Numbered from the stretch's first letter, positions 28,323 through 39,087 are shown. The stretch: DNA of 64,000 nt from Candidatus Shapirobacteria bacterium (GCA_041665485.1 JBAYIT010000001.1:8651-72650); one strand, 5' to 3'. Made by a program: numbers and translations. The notes: generated from the sequence alone by a model not told the origin.

Positions 28323-30959
28323 TTATTGTGACATAAGAGTGGCTTGGGCGGCAGCAAGCCGGGCAATAGGCACCCGGTAGGGCGAACAAGAAACGTAGTC
28401 AAGACCGATCTGGTGACAGAATTTAATTGTTTCCGGGTCGCCACCTTGTTCACCGCAAATACCAATATGGATTTTAGGGCGGGAAGAACGAGCAAGCTTC
28501 ACTGTCATTTCCATTAGTTTGCCAACACCTTTTTGATCGACACTGCAGAAAGGGTCTTCGGACAATATTTTTTTGTCAAGGTAATCTTTGATAAATTTGG
28601 TGGCGTCATCCCGAGAAAAACCGTAGGTCATTTGGGTTAAGTCGTTAGTACCAAAGGAGAAAAAGTCGGCTTCGGTGGCCAGTTCATCGGCAATAAGAGC
28701 GGCTCGAGGAATTTCGATCATAGTGCCGATTTCATATTTCATTTTGACGCCAAAACGGCTGATGGTGGCTTCAATTATGGGAACTAAACGGTTTTTTAAC
28801 CATTTGAATTCGTTAAGTTCGCCAACTAAGGGAATCATGATTTCGGGAATTATTTGATAACCATCTTTAATGAGCTCACAGGCAGCTTCGGAAATGGCCC
28901 TAACTTGCATTTCAAAAATTTCTGGAAAGGTAACGCCAAGGCGACAGCCACGGTGGCCCATCATGGGGTTGAATTCATGAAGGTAGTCTATTTTTTCCTT
29001 AAGTTTTTCCACCGACACCCCAATTTCTTTAGCGATGTTTTCAATATCTGTTTCTTCTTTGGGTAAGAATTCATGAAGGGGCGGATCAAGAAGACGGATT
29101 TTAACCGGCAGGCCTTTCATAATTTTGAAAAGTTCCTTAAAGTCGTTCTTTTGGATGGGGAAAATTTTATTAAGAGCAACTAAGCGTTGATCGAGGTTGT
29201 CGGCCACAATCATTTGGCGAACGGCAAAAATGCGGTCGGCCTCAAAGAACATGTGTTCGGTACGGCAAAGCCCAATCCCTTCGGCACCAAAATTACGGGC
29301 AGTTTGGGCATCTTTGGGAGTATCAGCATTGGTGCGGACACCAAGACGACGGAAGTCGTCGGCCCATTTCATAATAGTGCCAAAATCGCCGGAAAGGGTG
29401 GGTGTAATGGTGGGAACCTGGCCTAAAAAGATTTCCCCAGTGGAACCATCAAGGGTAATGAAATCACCTTCAGAGATAACAAGGTCGCCGACCTTAAATT
29501 TCTTTTCCAGTTCGGAAACAATGATTGCCTCACAACCGGAAACACAGCTTTTACCCATACCTCTGGCAACAACGGCGGCGTGCGAAGTCATGCCGCCACG
29601 GGCGGTGAGAATGCCTTGAGCAGCATTCATGCCGGAAATATCTTCGGGGCTAGTTTCGGATCGGACAAGAATAACTTTTTTATCCATCTCCTTCCAATCA
29701 ACGGCAGTATTGGCGTCAAAAACAACCTGACCAACGGCAGCGCCGGGCGAGGCAGGTAGGCCCTTAGTCAATAATTTAAAGTTGGACTTTGATTTGGGGT
29801 CAAGGGTGGGATGAAGAATCTGGTCGATCTTATCGGCCTCAATTCTTAAGATGGCCTCTTTTTTGGTGATTAGTTTTTCCTCAACTTGATCAACGGCAAT
29901 TTTTACTGAAGCAAAGGCAGTTCTCTTACCATTTCGGGTTTGAAGAATAAAAAGCTGGCCGTTTTCGATAGTAAATTCAACGTCCTGCATATCACGATAA
30001 TGAGATTCAAGTTGATGAAAAATTTCTATAAGTTGGCTGTAAGCAATTTCATTGTCTTCCTTAAGTGAGCTAAGAGTTTTGGGGGTACGGATACCGGCAA
30101 CAACATCTTCGCCTTGAGCATTCATTAGATATTCACCGTAAGGTAGATTTTCTCCGGTTGAAGGGTTTCTAGTAAAAGCAACACCGGTGCCGGAATCGGC
30201 GCCAAGATTACCAAAAACCATCGACTGAATATTAACGGCTGTGCCAAACACTTTTGATTCATCGATGCGATTAAGTCGACGATAAGTAATGGCCCGGGCA
30301 TTTTGCCAGGAACCAATAACAGCGCCGACGGCTCCCCAAAGTTGAACTAATGGATCTTGAGGAAATTCGCGATTTTTTTCGATTTTAAATAGCTTATGAT
30401 AACCAGCAACAACCTGTTGCCAATCAGTGGCGGTCATGTCGGTGTCGGCTTTAATTCCCCGGGTGGCTTTGGTGGAATTAATAATATGTTCGAACTTTTC
30501 ATGATCAATTCCCTCAACAACATTACCGTACATTTGAATAAAGCGACGATAAGAATCGTAAGCAAAACGGGGATTGTCTGTTTTGCTGGCGACACCTTTA
30601 ACGACATCATCATTAAGACCCAGATTAAGGATGGTGTCCATCATACCCGGCATAGAGGCGGCGGCGCCGGAGCGGACAGAAACCAAAAGAGGATTTTTAG
30701 GGTCAGCAAAAGTTTTTTTAGTGATGGTTTCAAGTTGCTTAAGATATTTAGCAACCTCGGTCTCAAAATTTTTCGGATACGTTTGATTGTTTTGGTAGTA
30801 ATATTGGCAAACTTCAGTGGAAATAGTGAATCCGGCAGGAACAGGGAGGCCGATTTGACACATCTGAGCCAAGTTAGCACCTTTGCCACCGAGTATAAAT
30901 TTCATGTCAGCCTGACCTTCGGTGTTTTTCCCACCAAAGAAATAGAGATATTTTTTCAT
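28323..30959 (-). CDS. ppdK: Pyruvate, phosphate dikinase
   Basis: 878 aa. N-terminal ATP-grasp region, central GGMTSHAAVVARGMG phosphohistidine region, C-terminal PEP-utilising domain. Confidence 0.9.
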   Translation of the reverse strand: MKKYLYFFGGKNTEGQADMKFILGGKGANLAQMCQIGLPVPAGFTISTEVCQYYYQNNQTYPKNFETEVAKYLKQLETITKKTFADPKNPLLVSVRSGAAASMPGMMDTILNLGLNDDVVKGVASKTDNPRFAYDSYRRFIQMYGNVVEGIDHEKFEHIINSTKATRGIKADTDMTATDWQQVVAGYHKLFKIEKNREFPQDPLVQLWGAVGAVIGSWQNARAITYRRLNRIDESKVFGTAVNIQSMVFGNLGADSGTGVAFTRNPSTGENLPYGEYLMNAQGEDVVAGIRTPKTLSSLKEDNEIAYSQLIEIFHQLESHYRDMQDVEFTIENGQLFILQTRNGKRTAFASVKIAVDQVEEKLITKKEAILRIEADKIDQILHPTLDPKSKSNFKLLTKGLPASPGAAVGQVVFDANTAVDWKEMDKKVILVRSETSPEDISGMNAAQGILTARGGMTSHAAVVARGMGKSCVSGCEAIIVSELEKKFKVGDLVISEGDFITLDGSTGEIFLGQVPTITPTLSGDFGTIMKWADDFRRLGVRTNADTPKDAQTARNFGAEGIGLCRTEHMFFEADRIFAVRQMIVADNLDQRLVALNKIFPIQKNDFKELFKIMKGLPVKIRLLDPPLHEFLPKEETDIENIAKEIGVSVEKLKEKIDYLHEFNPMMGHRGCRLGVTFPEIFEMQVRAISEAACELIKDGYQIIPEIMIPLVGELNEFKWLKNRLVPIIEATISRFGVKMKYEIGTMIEIPRAALIADELATEADFFSFGTNDLTQMTYGFSRDDATKFIKDYLDKKILSEDPFCSVDQKGVGKLMEMTVKLARSSRPKIHIGICGEQGGDPETIKFCHQIGLDYVSCSPYRVPIARLAAAQATLMSQ

Positions 30960-30973
30960 ACGGGTACTTTACC

Positions 30974-31005
30974 AAAAAATCCCCCGGTGTTCACCAGGGG
31001 ATTTT
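30974..31005. terminator. Strong hairpin (bidirectional intrinsic-terminator-like) between groEL 3' end and ppdK start
   Basis: AAAATCCCC...GGGGATTTT 9-bp stem plus inner cggtg/cacca pairing, flanked by an A-run and a T-run. Confidence 0.4.
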
Positions 31006-31020
31006 CGTAGACAACAAAAT

Positions 31021-32706
<1,686 letters not shown>

Positions 32707-32760
32707 TTAATTTGAAATTTTTAATTTTTAATCAATTTTTAAATTCTTAAATTTTTAAAT

Positions 32761-33048
32761 TTATTTTATTATGGCCATGATGTCCTCGAATTTGAGGATT
32801 AAAAGATCTTCAGTGCCTTCTTTGTATTCTTTACCGCCCCATTCACGATAAATAACAACATCGTTTTTTTCGCAAGGGGCTTTAACCTCATGGTTGTCTT
32901 GAAAGGTGGAGACGCCAACACTCAAAACAGTGCCTTGTTGGGGTTTATCTTCGTGAGAGTCGGGCAAAACTATGCCGGAGGCAGTGGTCTTATCGCGCTT
33001 TTGAGGTTTAACTAAAACGTAACCAGCAACGGGGTGAATTTGGGACAT
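32761..33048 (-). CDS. groS: Co-chaperonin GroES
   Basis: 95-aa Cpn10 immediately upstream of groEL. Confidence 0.9.
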   Translation of the reverse strand: MSQIHPVAGYVLVKPQKRDKTTASGIVLPDSHEDKPQQGTVLSVGVSTFQDNHEVKAPCEKNDVVIYREWGGKEYKEGTEDLLILKFEDIMAIIK

Positions 33049-33074
33049 AAAATGTAAAAAAATAATTAATAATG

Positions 33075-33101
33075 ATTATCAGTCTAACGAGTAGACTGCT
33101 A
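33075..33101 (-). promoter_or_regulatory. CIRCE-like HrcA operator upstream of groES
   Basis: Minus strand reads TTAGCAGTC-N9-GACTGATAA against CIRCE consensus TTAGCACTC-N9-GAGTGCTAA (3 mismatches). A second partial half-site lies at 33117-33127. Confidence 0.45.
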
Positions 33102-33144
33102 ATATTGTAAACACTTTTAGCAGACTGTCAAGAGGGGTGACAAT

Positions 33145-33801
33145 TTATGGTTTAACAAGTAATCGAGAAAAAGAATCAAGTGAACCATTAAAAACATTTA
33201 AGTCAACATAACCTTTGATTCCTGATACTCGTCCCCTATTTTTATATTGCCAAAAGGTCCAATTAAGACTCTTGGGGTAAAAAAAGATATCGCGAATCCA
33301 AAGCTGGTAGTCGTTGTATTTTGAACCCAAATAATGTTTATAAAATTCGTAAGTAGTGTAAATTAACGGTTTTTGATTATAGTGTTTAGCAATAGTAGAC
33401 AAAAATATGTTTAACTCATTTTGAAATTCGTCAATTGTTGGTCGGACCTGACTATTGCCTCCAAATTCCAAATCAACAACCGGAGGGAGTGACAGTTCTT
33501 TTGGTACTGTTTGAATAAAGTTTTTGGCTTGGGAAATAGCGGTAAAACGGAGGGAATAGAAATGATAGGCGCCGACAATAAGTCCATTATCTTTGGCTTG
33601 TTGCCAATTGACAGTAAATGATTTGTCAACAAAGTCATCACCTTCGGTCGCTTTGATGTAGGCAAATTTATAATTTTGTTGACTAACCTTGAACCAGTTG
33701 ATATCACCTTGATGGTGGGAAACATCAATGCCCCTGACCGGGTACTGCGTGATGGAAGGGGTATTGGGCCAAAATATACCAAAGTAAAACAAGACCCCCA
33801 A
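33145..33801 (-). CDS. Glycoside hydrolase family 25 muramidase (lysozyme) with signal/TM
   Basis: GIDVSHHQGDINW...IKATEG...GAYHFY, a GH25 signature. Confidence 0.7.
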   Translation of the reverse strand: MGVLFYFGIFWPNTPSITQYPVRGIDVSHHQGDINWFKVSQQNYKFAYIKATEGDDFVDKSFTVNWQQAKDNGLIVGAYHFYSLRFTAISQAKNFIQTVPKELSLPPVVDLEFGGNSQVRPTIDEFQNELNIFLSTIAKHYNQKPLIYTTYEFYKHYLGSKYNDYQLWIRDIFFYPKSLNWTFWQYKNRGRVSGIKGYVDLNVFNGSLDSFSRLLVKP

Positions 33802-33899
33802 AGTAAGCGTAAAAATAATGGATGTTGCGAGAATGAGATGTGATCTAATAGGTGAATTGTAAATGATGAAAGCGTAAGTTCAAAACGGAACGACGGGGA

Positions 33900-34298
33900 T
33901 CATTGTAGGACAGTAAAGCCGAAGCGGGAAAAGTGGGAATCGAAAGTGAGAACGTTGGTTAAACAATATTCGGACATACAGGCGAAGTGAATATGATCAA
34001 AAATGTTGGGGCCAGATTTAGTGTGGCGGGAAATAATATTTTTAAAGGCACTTTCCCAAATTTTTTGGTTTAAAGAAATGGTGTTAAAGGCAGGACGGCT
34101 AAACCAAGAATTAAGATATTTGGCAAGTTTTAGCTCACCTTTTCTGATAGCAACGTTGACTGATTCGTATTTAACCAAGTCGTTAATGTAATAAGATGAA
34201 CCTTGGTATTTTCTTAGTAATTTTTGGGCTAAAAGATGGTTAGTGTCTTCTTTGTAAGAAAGAGCAACTATAAATGAACTGTCAAGAAATACATTCAT
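33900..34298 (-). CDS. vapC: PIN-domain toxin VapC
   Basis: MNVFLDSSFIVAL PIN N-terminus. 4-nt overlap with the upstream antitoxin gene. Confidence 0.6.
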   Translation of the reverse strand: MNVFLDSSFIVALSYKEDTNHLLAQKLLRKYQGSSYYINDLVKYESVNVAIRKGELKLAKYLNSWFSRPAFNTISLNQKIWESAFKNIISRHTKSGPNIFDHIHFACMSEYCLTNVLTFDSHFSRFGFTVLQ

Positions 34299-34558
34299 CT
34301 AAGGTTTTCTGGTAAATACTTATCGATATTTTCAGAAATATTAATAGATCTTTTGGAAACGGGGCGACGAACGGCCATTCTGGCCAATAGAATAAGCGGA
34401 TCGGTGTTTTTTATTTTGGCACCAGAATCAAGACGGGGTTTTGCGTTTAATAATTGACGAATATAGGCGGAAACGGTGATTTTGTTCAATTTGGCGCCCG
34501 TGCGAAGAGAAGCGGCTAGATTTTGGTCGAGATAGATTTGGGTTCTGGTCATGGGCAT
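34295..34558 (-). CDS. vapB: Ribbon-helix-helix antitoxin (VapB/CopG-like); start probably at an internal Met after the palindrome
   Basis: MPMTRTQIYLDQNLAASLR is an RHH beta-strand signature. Listed here as 34295-34558; the six-frame ORF runs to 34576. Confidence 0.5.
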   Translation of the reverse strand: MPMTRTQIYLDQNLAASLRTGAKLNKITVSAYIRQLLNAKPRLDSGAKIKNTDPLILLARMAVRRPVSKRSINISENIDKYLPENLR

Positions 34559-34576
34559 GATGTATATATACATCAT
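34557..34576. promoter_or_regulatory. Perfect 20-bp palindrome ATGATGTATATATACATCAT at the vapBC 5' end (candidate operator/-10)
   Basis: Read directly from sequence: the tract is its own reverse complement and contains TATATA. Confidence 0.4.
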
Positions 34577-34623
34577 CTAGAGTTTGATGTCAAGAGGAGT
34601 GATTGATGATATAATACCGATAG

Positions 34624-35100
34624 ATGGAAAATATCTCAATGTGGACTGAATTTGGGAGAACGTGTGGGAAACTTTTTTCTGACAATGGTCCATGTTGCGA
34701 GAGATGGACAAAGGAAGGTGGAGTGGAAGTATGTTTAGTGGGATTAGGGACCGGAGACGTAGAAGGGGGATTACCTGGCCGATGGGTTGTTGCGATTATA
34801 GAGACCAACGAAGTTGATTTGGTGGGGCCAGTAAAATTTAGAGTAGCTATGTTAGCCCAAATGGTTGAGGGCAGAGGAAGTGGGTCTGTTTGCGGTTTTT
34901 TAATAGAAGCCAGACAGTTCCACCAACAAGTCTTAGAATTAGAATTTGAGGATAGAGGCGGGCTTTGGGTTGGAAAGGCCGCCCGGTTTGTGGGTGTGGC
35001 GAAACCCGAAAAGCCAATTGATACAGATTTGCAGGAGATACTTTTGGCTTATAAAGATGCTAAACGCGGAAAACTCGTTTCTGAAAAGAGTTTGGTGTAA
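34624..35100 (+). CDS. Hypothetical protein in a locally GC-rich segment
   Basis: 158-aa ORF with Gly/Val-rich composition. The opposite-strand ORF is Pro/Ser/Thr low-complexity and likely a shadow. Confidence 0.3.
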   Translation: MENISMWTEFGRTCGKLFSDNGPCCERWTKEGGVEVCLVGLGTGDVEGGLPGRWVVAIIETNEVDLVGPVKFRVAMLAQMVEGRGSGSVCGFLIEARQFHQQVLELEFEDRGGLWVGKAARFVGVAKPEKPIDTDLQEILLAYKDAKRGKLVSEKSLV

Positions 35101-35186
35101 ATTAAGAACAGAATGAAGATAGAGGAGGTTTTGGCTAATATCTTCCAATATCTTCTAAAATATTCTAAAAATCGGTAAACTAAGGC

Positions 35187-35525
35187 ATGTCAACTTTGAT
35201 TATTAAATATAAATCCGATACGGCGGGGAGTTTTATAGAGAAGAATGGAGAAGAGTTAAGGGTAAAATTGGTAAAAATTACAAGTGAAGTTTTAAATAAA
35301 AGGCCGGAGGAAATTATTGTGGATATGGAAACGTGGCATAACAACATAAATGTCCCAGATCTTTTAGTTCGGGCAGAAACTTCGATTAGCAGGAGGAGTC
35401 TTTTGAAAGAATGGGCAGAAAAACTACATAGCGAAATTAAAATGATGACGGAAGAACACAAACCGGAGTGTGGTTGGAAAATAGCAGTTAAAAGCTATGT
35501 AATAGATTCAGAGTGGGTGGAGTAA
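35187..35525 (+). CDS. Hypothetical protein
   Basis: 112-aa ORF with no recognisable motif. Confidence 0.3.
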   Translation: MSTLIIKYKSDTAGSFIEKNGEELRVKLVKITSEVLNKRPEEIIVDMETWHNNINVPDLLVRAETSISRRSLLKEWAEKLHSEIKMMTEEHKPECGWKIAVKSYVIDSEWVE

Positions 35526-35586
35526 ACAGTAGGTTGCCGAAGAGGTCTTCACTAGATTTGATATTTTGGCTTGGTAAACTAGGGTC

Positions 35587-36291
35587 ATGATAGAACACGA
35601 ACTGCAACGAACAATTCTTAACAAAATAAAGTTTATGGTTGGTGGGGCACGTTACGGCGAACTTAAGTTACTGGATATTGAAAACGATTTGTTCAACTAT
35701 CACCTCCAACAATTGGTTAAAAATGAATATTTGGAAAAGAAAGATGGTAAATATTGGCTAACACTTAAGGGCAAATCATTGGTAACCAATATTGATGATG
35801 TAACGAAAACTGTTTTTGGGGGTTACAAAGTTAGTGTTTATATGTGCCCGGTAATTGATGGTAAAGTTTTACTCTATCGGAGACTAAAGCATCCACAATA
35901 TGGATATGTGGGGTTAACTTCAGGCAAAATCGCCTTTGGAGAGCGGATTTTGGAAACGGCAAGCCGAGAATTATTAGAAGAAACCGGACTGGTGGCGGAT
36001 TTTGAAATTATTGGGAACCTACGACAGATTAGAAAAGATGGTGAAGGTAAAGTGATAGAAGATGGCTTATTTTATGTTTGTTTTACCGATAAAGTTGAAG
36101 GCAAATTAACAGAAAAAGGGCTAGAAGGTGAATATTTTTGGACAGAACTTGATAAAGTGTCGGCGATAGAAAAGATTTTTAAACCAAGTGTGGAAATAAT
36201 AATTAAGGAAGTGAAACTAAGACTAACGGTAGAAGTGGATTGGCAAACAAAGTTTATTTACGAGCTTGAGCCGGCGCCGGAAGCATATTAA
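35587..36291 (+). CDS. NUDIX hydrolase with N-terminal winged-helix domain
   Basis: Nudix box GKIAFGERILETASRELLEETGL. The N-terminal ~90 aa is wHTH-like. Confidence 0.7.
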   Translation: MIEHELQRTILNKIKFMVGGARYGELKLLDIENDLFNYHLQQLVKNEYLEKKDGKYWLTLKGKSLVTNIDDVTKTVFGGYKVSVYMCPVIDGKVLLYRRLKHPQYGYVGLTSGKIAFGERILETASRELLEETGLVADFEIIGNLRQIRKDGEGKVIEDGLFYVCFTDKVEGKLTEKGLEGEYFWTELDKVSAIEKIFKPSVEIIIKEVKLRLTVEVDWQTKFIYELEPAPEAY

Positions 36292-36764
36292 TAAGCTGCA
36301 GGTGGAATTTTTTTGGGGCCGAGATAATTAAGGTTTAATTTGCAGACTTCGGCGTATATTTGGCCAATTTGTTCGGTGACATATTGAGTGTCAATGTCTT
36401 TTAATTTTAGTTCAGAGAGAACATAAGCTAAGGATTGGTCGTAATTATTTTTAAACTTTTGGTTGACTTCTTTCCATTTAATATTGGCCAAAGGAGGCAG
36501 AAGATTAGGGCTATATTGTATTTGGCCTTTCAACATAAGAAAAGCGATCATCGGATAACTGATAGTGCCAGTGTAGTAGGCACTATTGTCGTTTGACATA
36601 ATACTATTAGTATTTGGATCGAAACTAATGTCGTAGTATTTATTGCCAGAGGTTGAATGGCAGATGGCATTATTACCATTAACTTCAATACGTTTGTCGG
36701 CAATAGCACTTAACGCTTCGTAAACTTTAGAAATATGAGGTTTAGTCCAAGTCTGATTTACCAT
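36288..36764 (-). CDS. Hypothetical protein
   Basis: 158-aa ORF with no motif. Confidence 0.35.
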   Translation of the reverse strand: MVNQTWTKPHISKVYEALSAIADKRIEVNGNNAICHSTSGNKYYDISFDPNTNSIMSNDNSAYYTGTISYPMIAFLMLKGQIQYSPNLLPPLANIKWKEVNQKFKNNYDQSLAYVLSELKLKDIDTQYVTEQIGQIYAEVCKLNLNYLGPKKIPPAAY

Positions 36765-36790
36765 ATAGAGTTATTTTATAATAAGTTACT

Positions 36791-38065
36791 ATGTCGAACA
36801 TCAAATCAATTTCAGCAAGGGAAATATTAAGTAGTGGTGGGGCGCCGACGGTTGAGGCAAAAGTAATTTTGGATTCGGGGGTGGAGGGAAAGGCGAGTGT
36901 GGCCTTTGGGGCGTCGGCGGGAAGCAGAGAGGCGGTGACTTTGGTGGATGGCGATGAAAAAAGATTTGGAGGAAAAGGAATGCTTTTGGCTGTTAAAAAT
37001 ATCGAAGAAAAAATTGGGCCAGCGCTGGCCGGAATGGAAGTGACGGAACAAGTGGCAATGGATAAAAAAATGCTGGAGTTGGATGGGACGGAACAAAAAT
37101 CAAATTTGGGGGGTAATGCGATTTTGGCGGTGTCGTTGGCGGTAGCCCGAGCGGGAGCTAAAGAGAATAATAATGAGCTGTATGAATACATAGGAAAAAT
37201 TTTTGAGATTAAAAGGGCAGTCAAACTGCCCAAGCCAATGGTGGTGATGATTGAAGGGGGAAAGCATGCTGACAAAACCACCGATTTACAGGAATATCTA
37301 GTCAGTGCTCTGGATGGTAGAACGGTGGCCGAAATGGTGCGGATGGAGATGGAGATTTATGGGGAGTTAAAAAAGATTTTGAAGGCAGAAGGACTGTCGG
37401 TAAATGTGGGGAACGAGGGGGCGTTTGCGCCGAGTGGAATAGACGGCAACGAAAAACCAATGGAATATTTGGTGAGAGCGATTGAGGCGGCGGGGTACCG
37501 GCCGGGAATTGATTGTGGAATAAGTTTGGATGCAGCGGCGAGTGAATTCGCCGAAGCGAATTCAGAGTTATCAGTTACGAATTACGAGTTACGAGTTGAG
37601 AATAAAAAATTAACCAGTGATGAGCTGATTGAGTATTATGGGCAGTGGATAGGAAAATATCCATTTGTAAGTTGGGAGGATATGTTGGATGAAAATGATT
37701 GGGAGGGGTGGGTGAAATTGACAGAAAAAATTGGAGGTAAATTTCCTAATATTGCCGATGATTTAACGGTGACGAATACTAAATTGTGGCAAAAGGCGCT
37801 GGAGATGAAGGCGGCCAGCGCGATCTTGGTTAAATTAAATCAGGCGGGGACGTTAACGGAAACAGTTGAATGTTGCAAATTAGCCAGAGAAAAAGGTTTG
37901 TGGACTGTCCCCTCTCACCGGGGAGGCGGGGAAACTAATGATACTTTTATGGTGGATTTGGCGGTGGCAGTGGGGGCGGAATATATTAAGTGCGGACCGA
38001 CGAGAGGAGAGAGAGTGGAGAAATATAATAGATTGATGGAAATAGAAGACAAATCTTCAATCTAG
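36791..38065 (+). CDS. eno: Enolase
   Basis: Full-length enolase signatures (SGASTG-like N-terminus, SHRSGETED-like SHRGGGETNDT, metal ligands). Confidence 0.95.
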   Translation: MSNIKSISAREILSSGGAPTVEAKVILDSGVEGKASVAFGASAGSREAVTLVDGDEKRFGGKGMLLAVKNIEEKIGPALAGMEVTEQVAMDKKMLELDGTEQKSNLGGNAILAVSLAVARAGAKENNNELYEYIGKIFEIKRAVKLPKPMVVMIEGGKHADKTTDLQEYLVSALDGRTVAEMVRMEMEIYGELKKILKAEGLSVNVGNEGAFAPSGIDGNEKPMEYLVRAIEAAGYRPGIDCGISLDAAASEFAEANSELSVTNYELRVENKKLTSDELIEYYGQWIGKYPFVSWEDMLDENDWEGWVKLTEKIGGKFPNIADDLTVTNTKLWQKALEMKAASAILVKLNQAGTLTETVECCKLAREKGLWTVPSHRGGGETNDTFMVDLAVAVGAEYIKCGPTRGERVEKYNRLMEIEDKSSI

Positions 38066-38081
38066 AATCTTCAAACTTCAA
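38051..38081. repeat. Left arm of inverted repeat flanking the four-helix-bundle gene (aatcttca x2 + acttcaa)
   Basis: Reverse-complementary to 38463-38491 (tgaagatt x2 + gaagttt). Read directly from sequence. Confidence 0.5.
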
Positions 38082-38096
38082 TTAAATTGAAACAAG

Positions 38097-38462
38097 ATGG
38101 AAGGAAATATTTTGAGGGATAAAAGTTATGCTTTTGCCTTGAAAGTAATCGGTGTATATCGATATTTGTCCTCAAATAAAAATGAGTTTGTCTTATCAAA
38201 GCAACTTTTACGGAGTGGAACGTCGATAGGAGCAAATATCGAAGAATCAATTGGAGGTTATAGTGAAAAGGATTTTAGTGCCAAGTTGAGCATTGCTTAC
38301 AAAGAAGCGAGAGAAACGCATTATTGGATTAGATTGCTAAAAGATACTAATTTATTGACGGAAAATCAGACAACCGAACTATTGGATAATTGTGATGAAT
38401 TAATAAGAATTACTGGTAAAATATTGTCGACAATGAGGAAAAAACAAAAATATCAGAAATGA
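38097..38462 (+). CDS. Four-helix-bundle protein (TIGR02436; '23S rRNA intervening-sequence protein' family)
   Basis: RSGTSIGANIEES and ETHYWIRLL hallmark motifs. 121 aa. Confidence 0.7.
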   Translation: MEGNILRDKSYAFALKVIGVYRYLSSNKNEFVLSKQLLRSGTSIGANIEESIGGYSEKDFSAKLSIAYKEARETHYWIRLLKDTNLLTENQTTELLDNCDELIRITGKILSTMRKKQKYQK

Positions 38463-38491
38463 TGAAGATTGTAGTTTGAAGATTGAAGTTT
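38463..38491. repeat. Right arm of inverted repeat flanking the four-helix-bundle gene
   Basis: See left arm 38051-38081. Confidence 0.5.
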
Positions 38492-39071
38492 AAATACTGT
38501 ATTCAAAATAACTGTCGTACGGGATTACCCAGGCGCAGGTTTCGTCGACGGTGGCGGATTCCATGATTTTTCGGAAAAGGCGGATAGAGTTGCCGTGGGC
38601 GGAGATGGCGACGTTAGTTCCTAGATTAGAGATCCTAGATTTTAGATCGTCGATGAAATTTTGGACACGGATTTCAACATCAGCAAAGGACTCACCACCC
38701 GGAGGTTTGTCGTTCCAACCACGATGCCACTTGTCGAATTGTTCTTGGCCATATTTGGCAATAGTGTCGGCATGAGTTTGGCCAGCAAGATCGCCGTAAG
38801 AGCGTTCAATAATCCGATCATCAATAATGATTTGCTGACATTCGGGATGATAAACCAAAACTTCCTTAAGGGTGTCTTGAGCGCGAGAAAGTCTTGAAGT
38901 AATGGCTAAATTTATTTTTTTGTCTTTGAGCATTAAACCTAAGGCTTTGGCTTGGTCAATACCGAGTGGAGTTAGCTTGGCGTCAAGCCAGCCGGTAAAG
39001 GTTTTGCTAAGATTAAATTCTGATTGGCCGTGGCGGAAAAGAAAGATGGTGGACATACTCAAGTTTACCAA
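38490..39071 (-). CDS. Histidine-phosphatase (phosphoglycerate mutase) family protein
   Basis: LFRHGQSEFN RHG catalytic motif. Adjacent to eno. Confidence 0.7.
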   Translation of the reverse strand: MVNLSMSTIFLFRHGQSEFNLSKTFTGWLDAKLTPLGIDQAKALGLMLKDKKINLAITSRLSRAQDTLKEVLVYHPECQQIIIDDRIIERSYGDLAGQTHADTIAKYGQEQFDKWHRGWNDKPPGGESFADVEIRVQNFIDDLKSRISNLGTNVAISAHGNSIRLFRKIMESATVDETCAWVIPYDSYFEYSI

Positions 39072-39087
39072 GTTATAAAGTTAAAAG

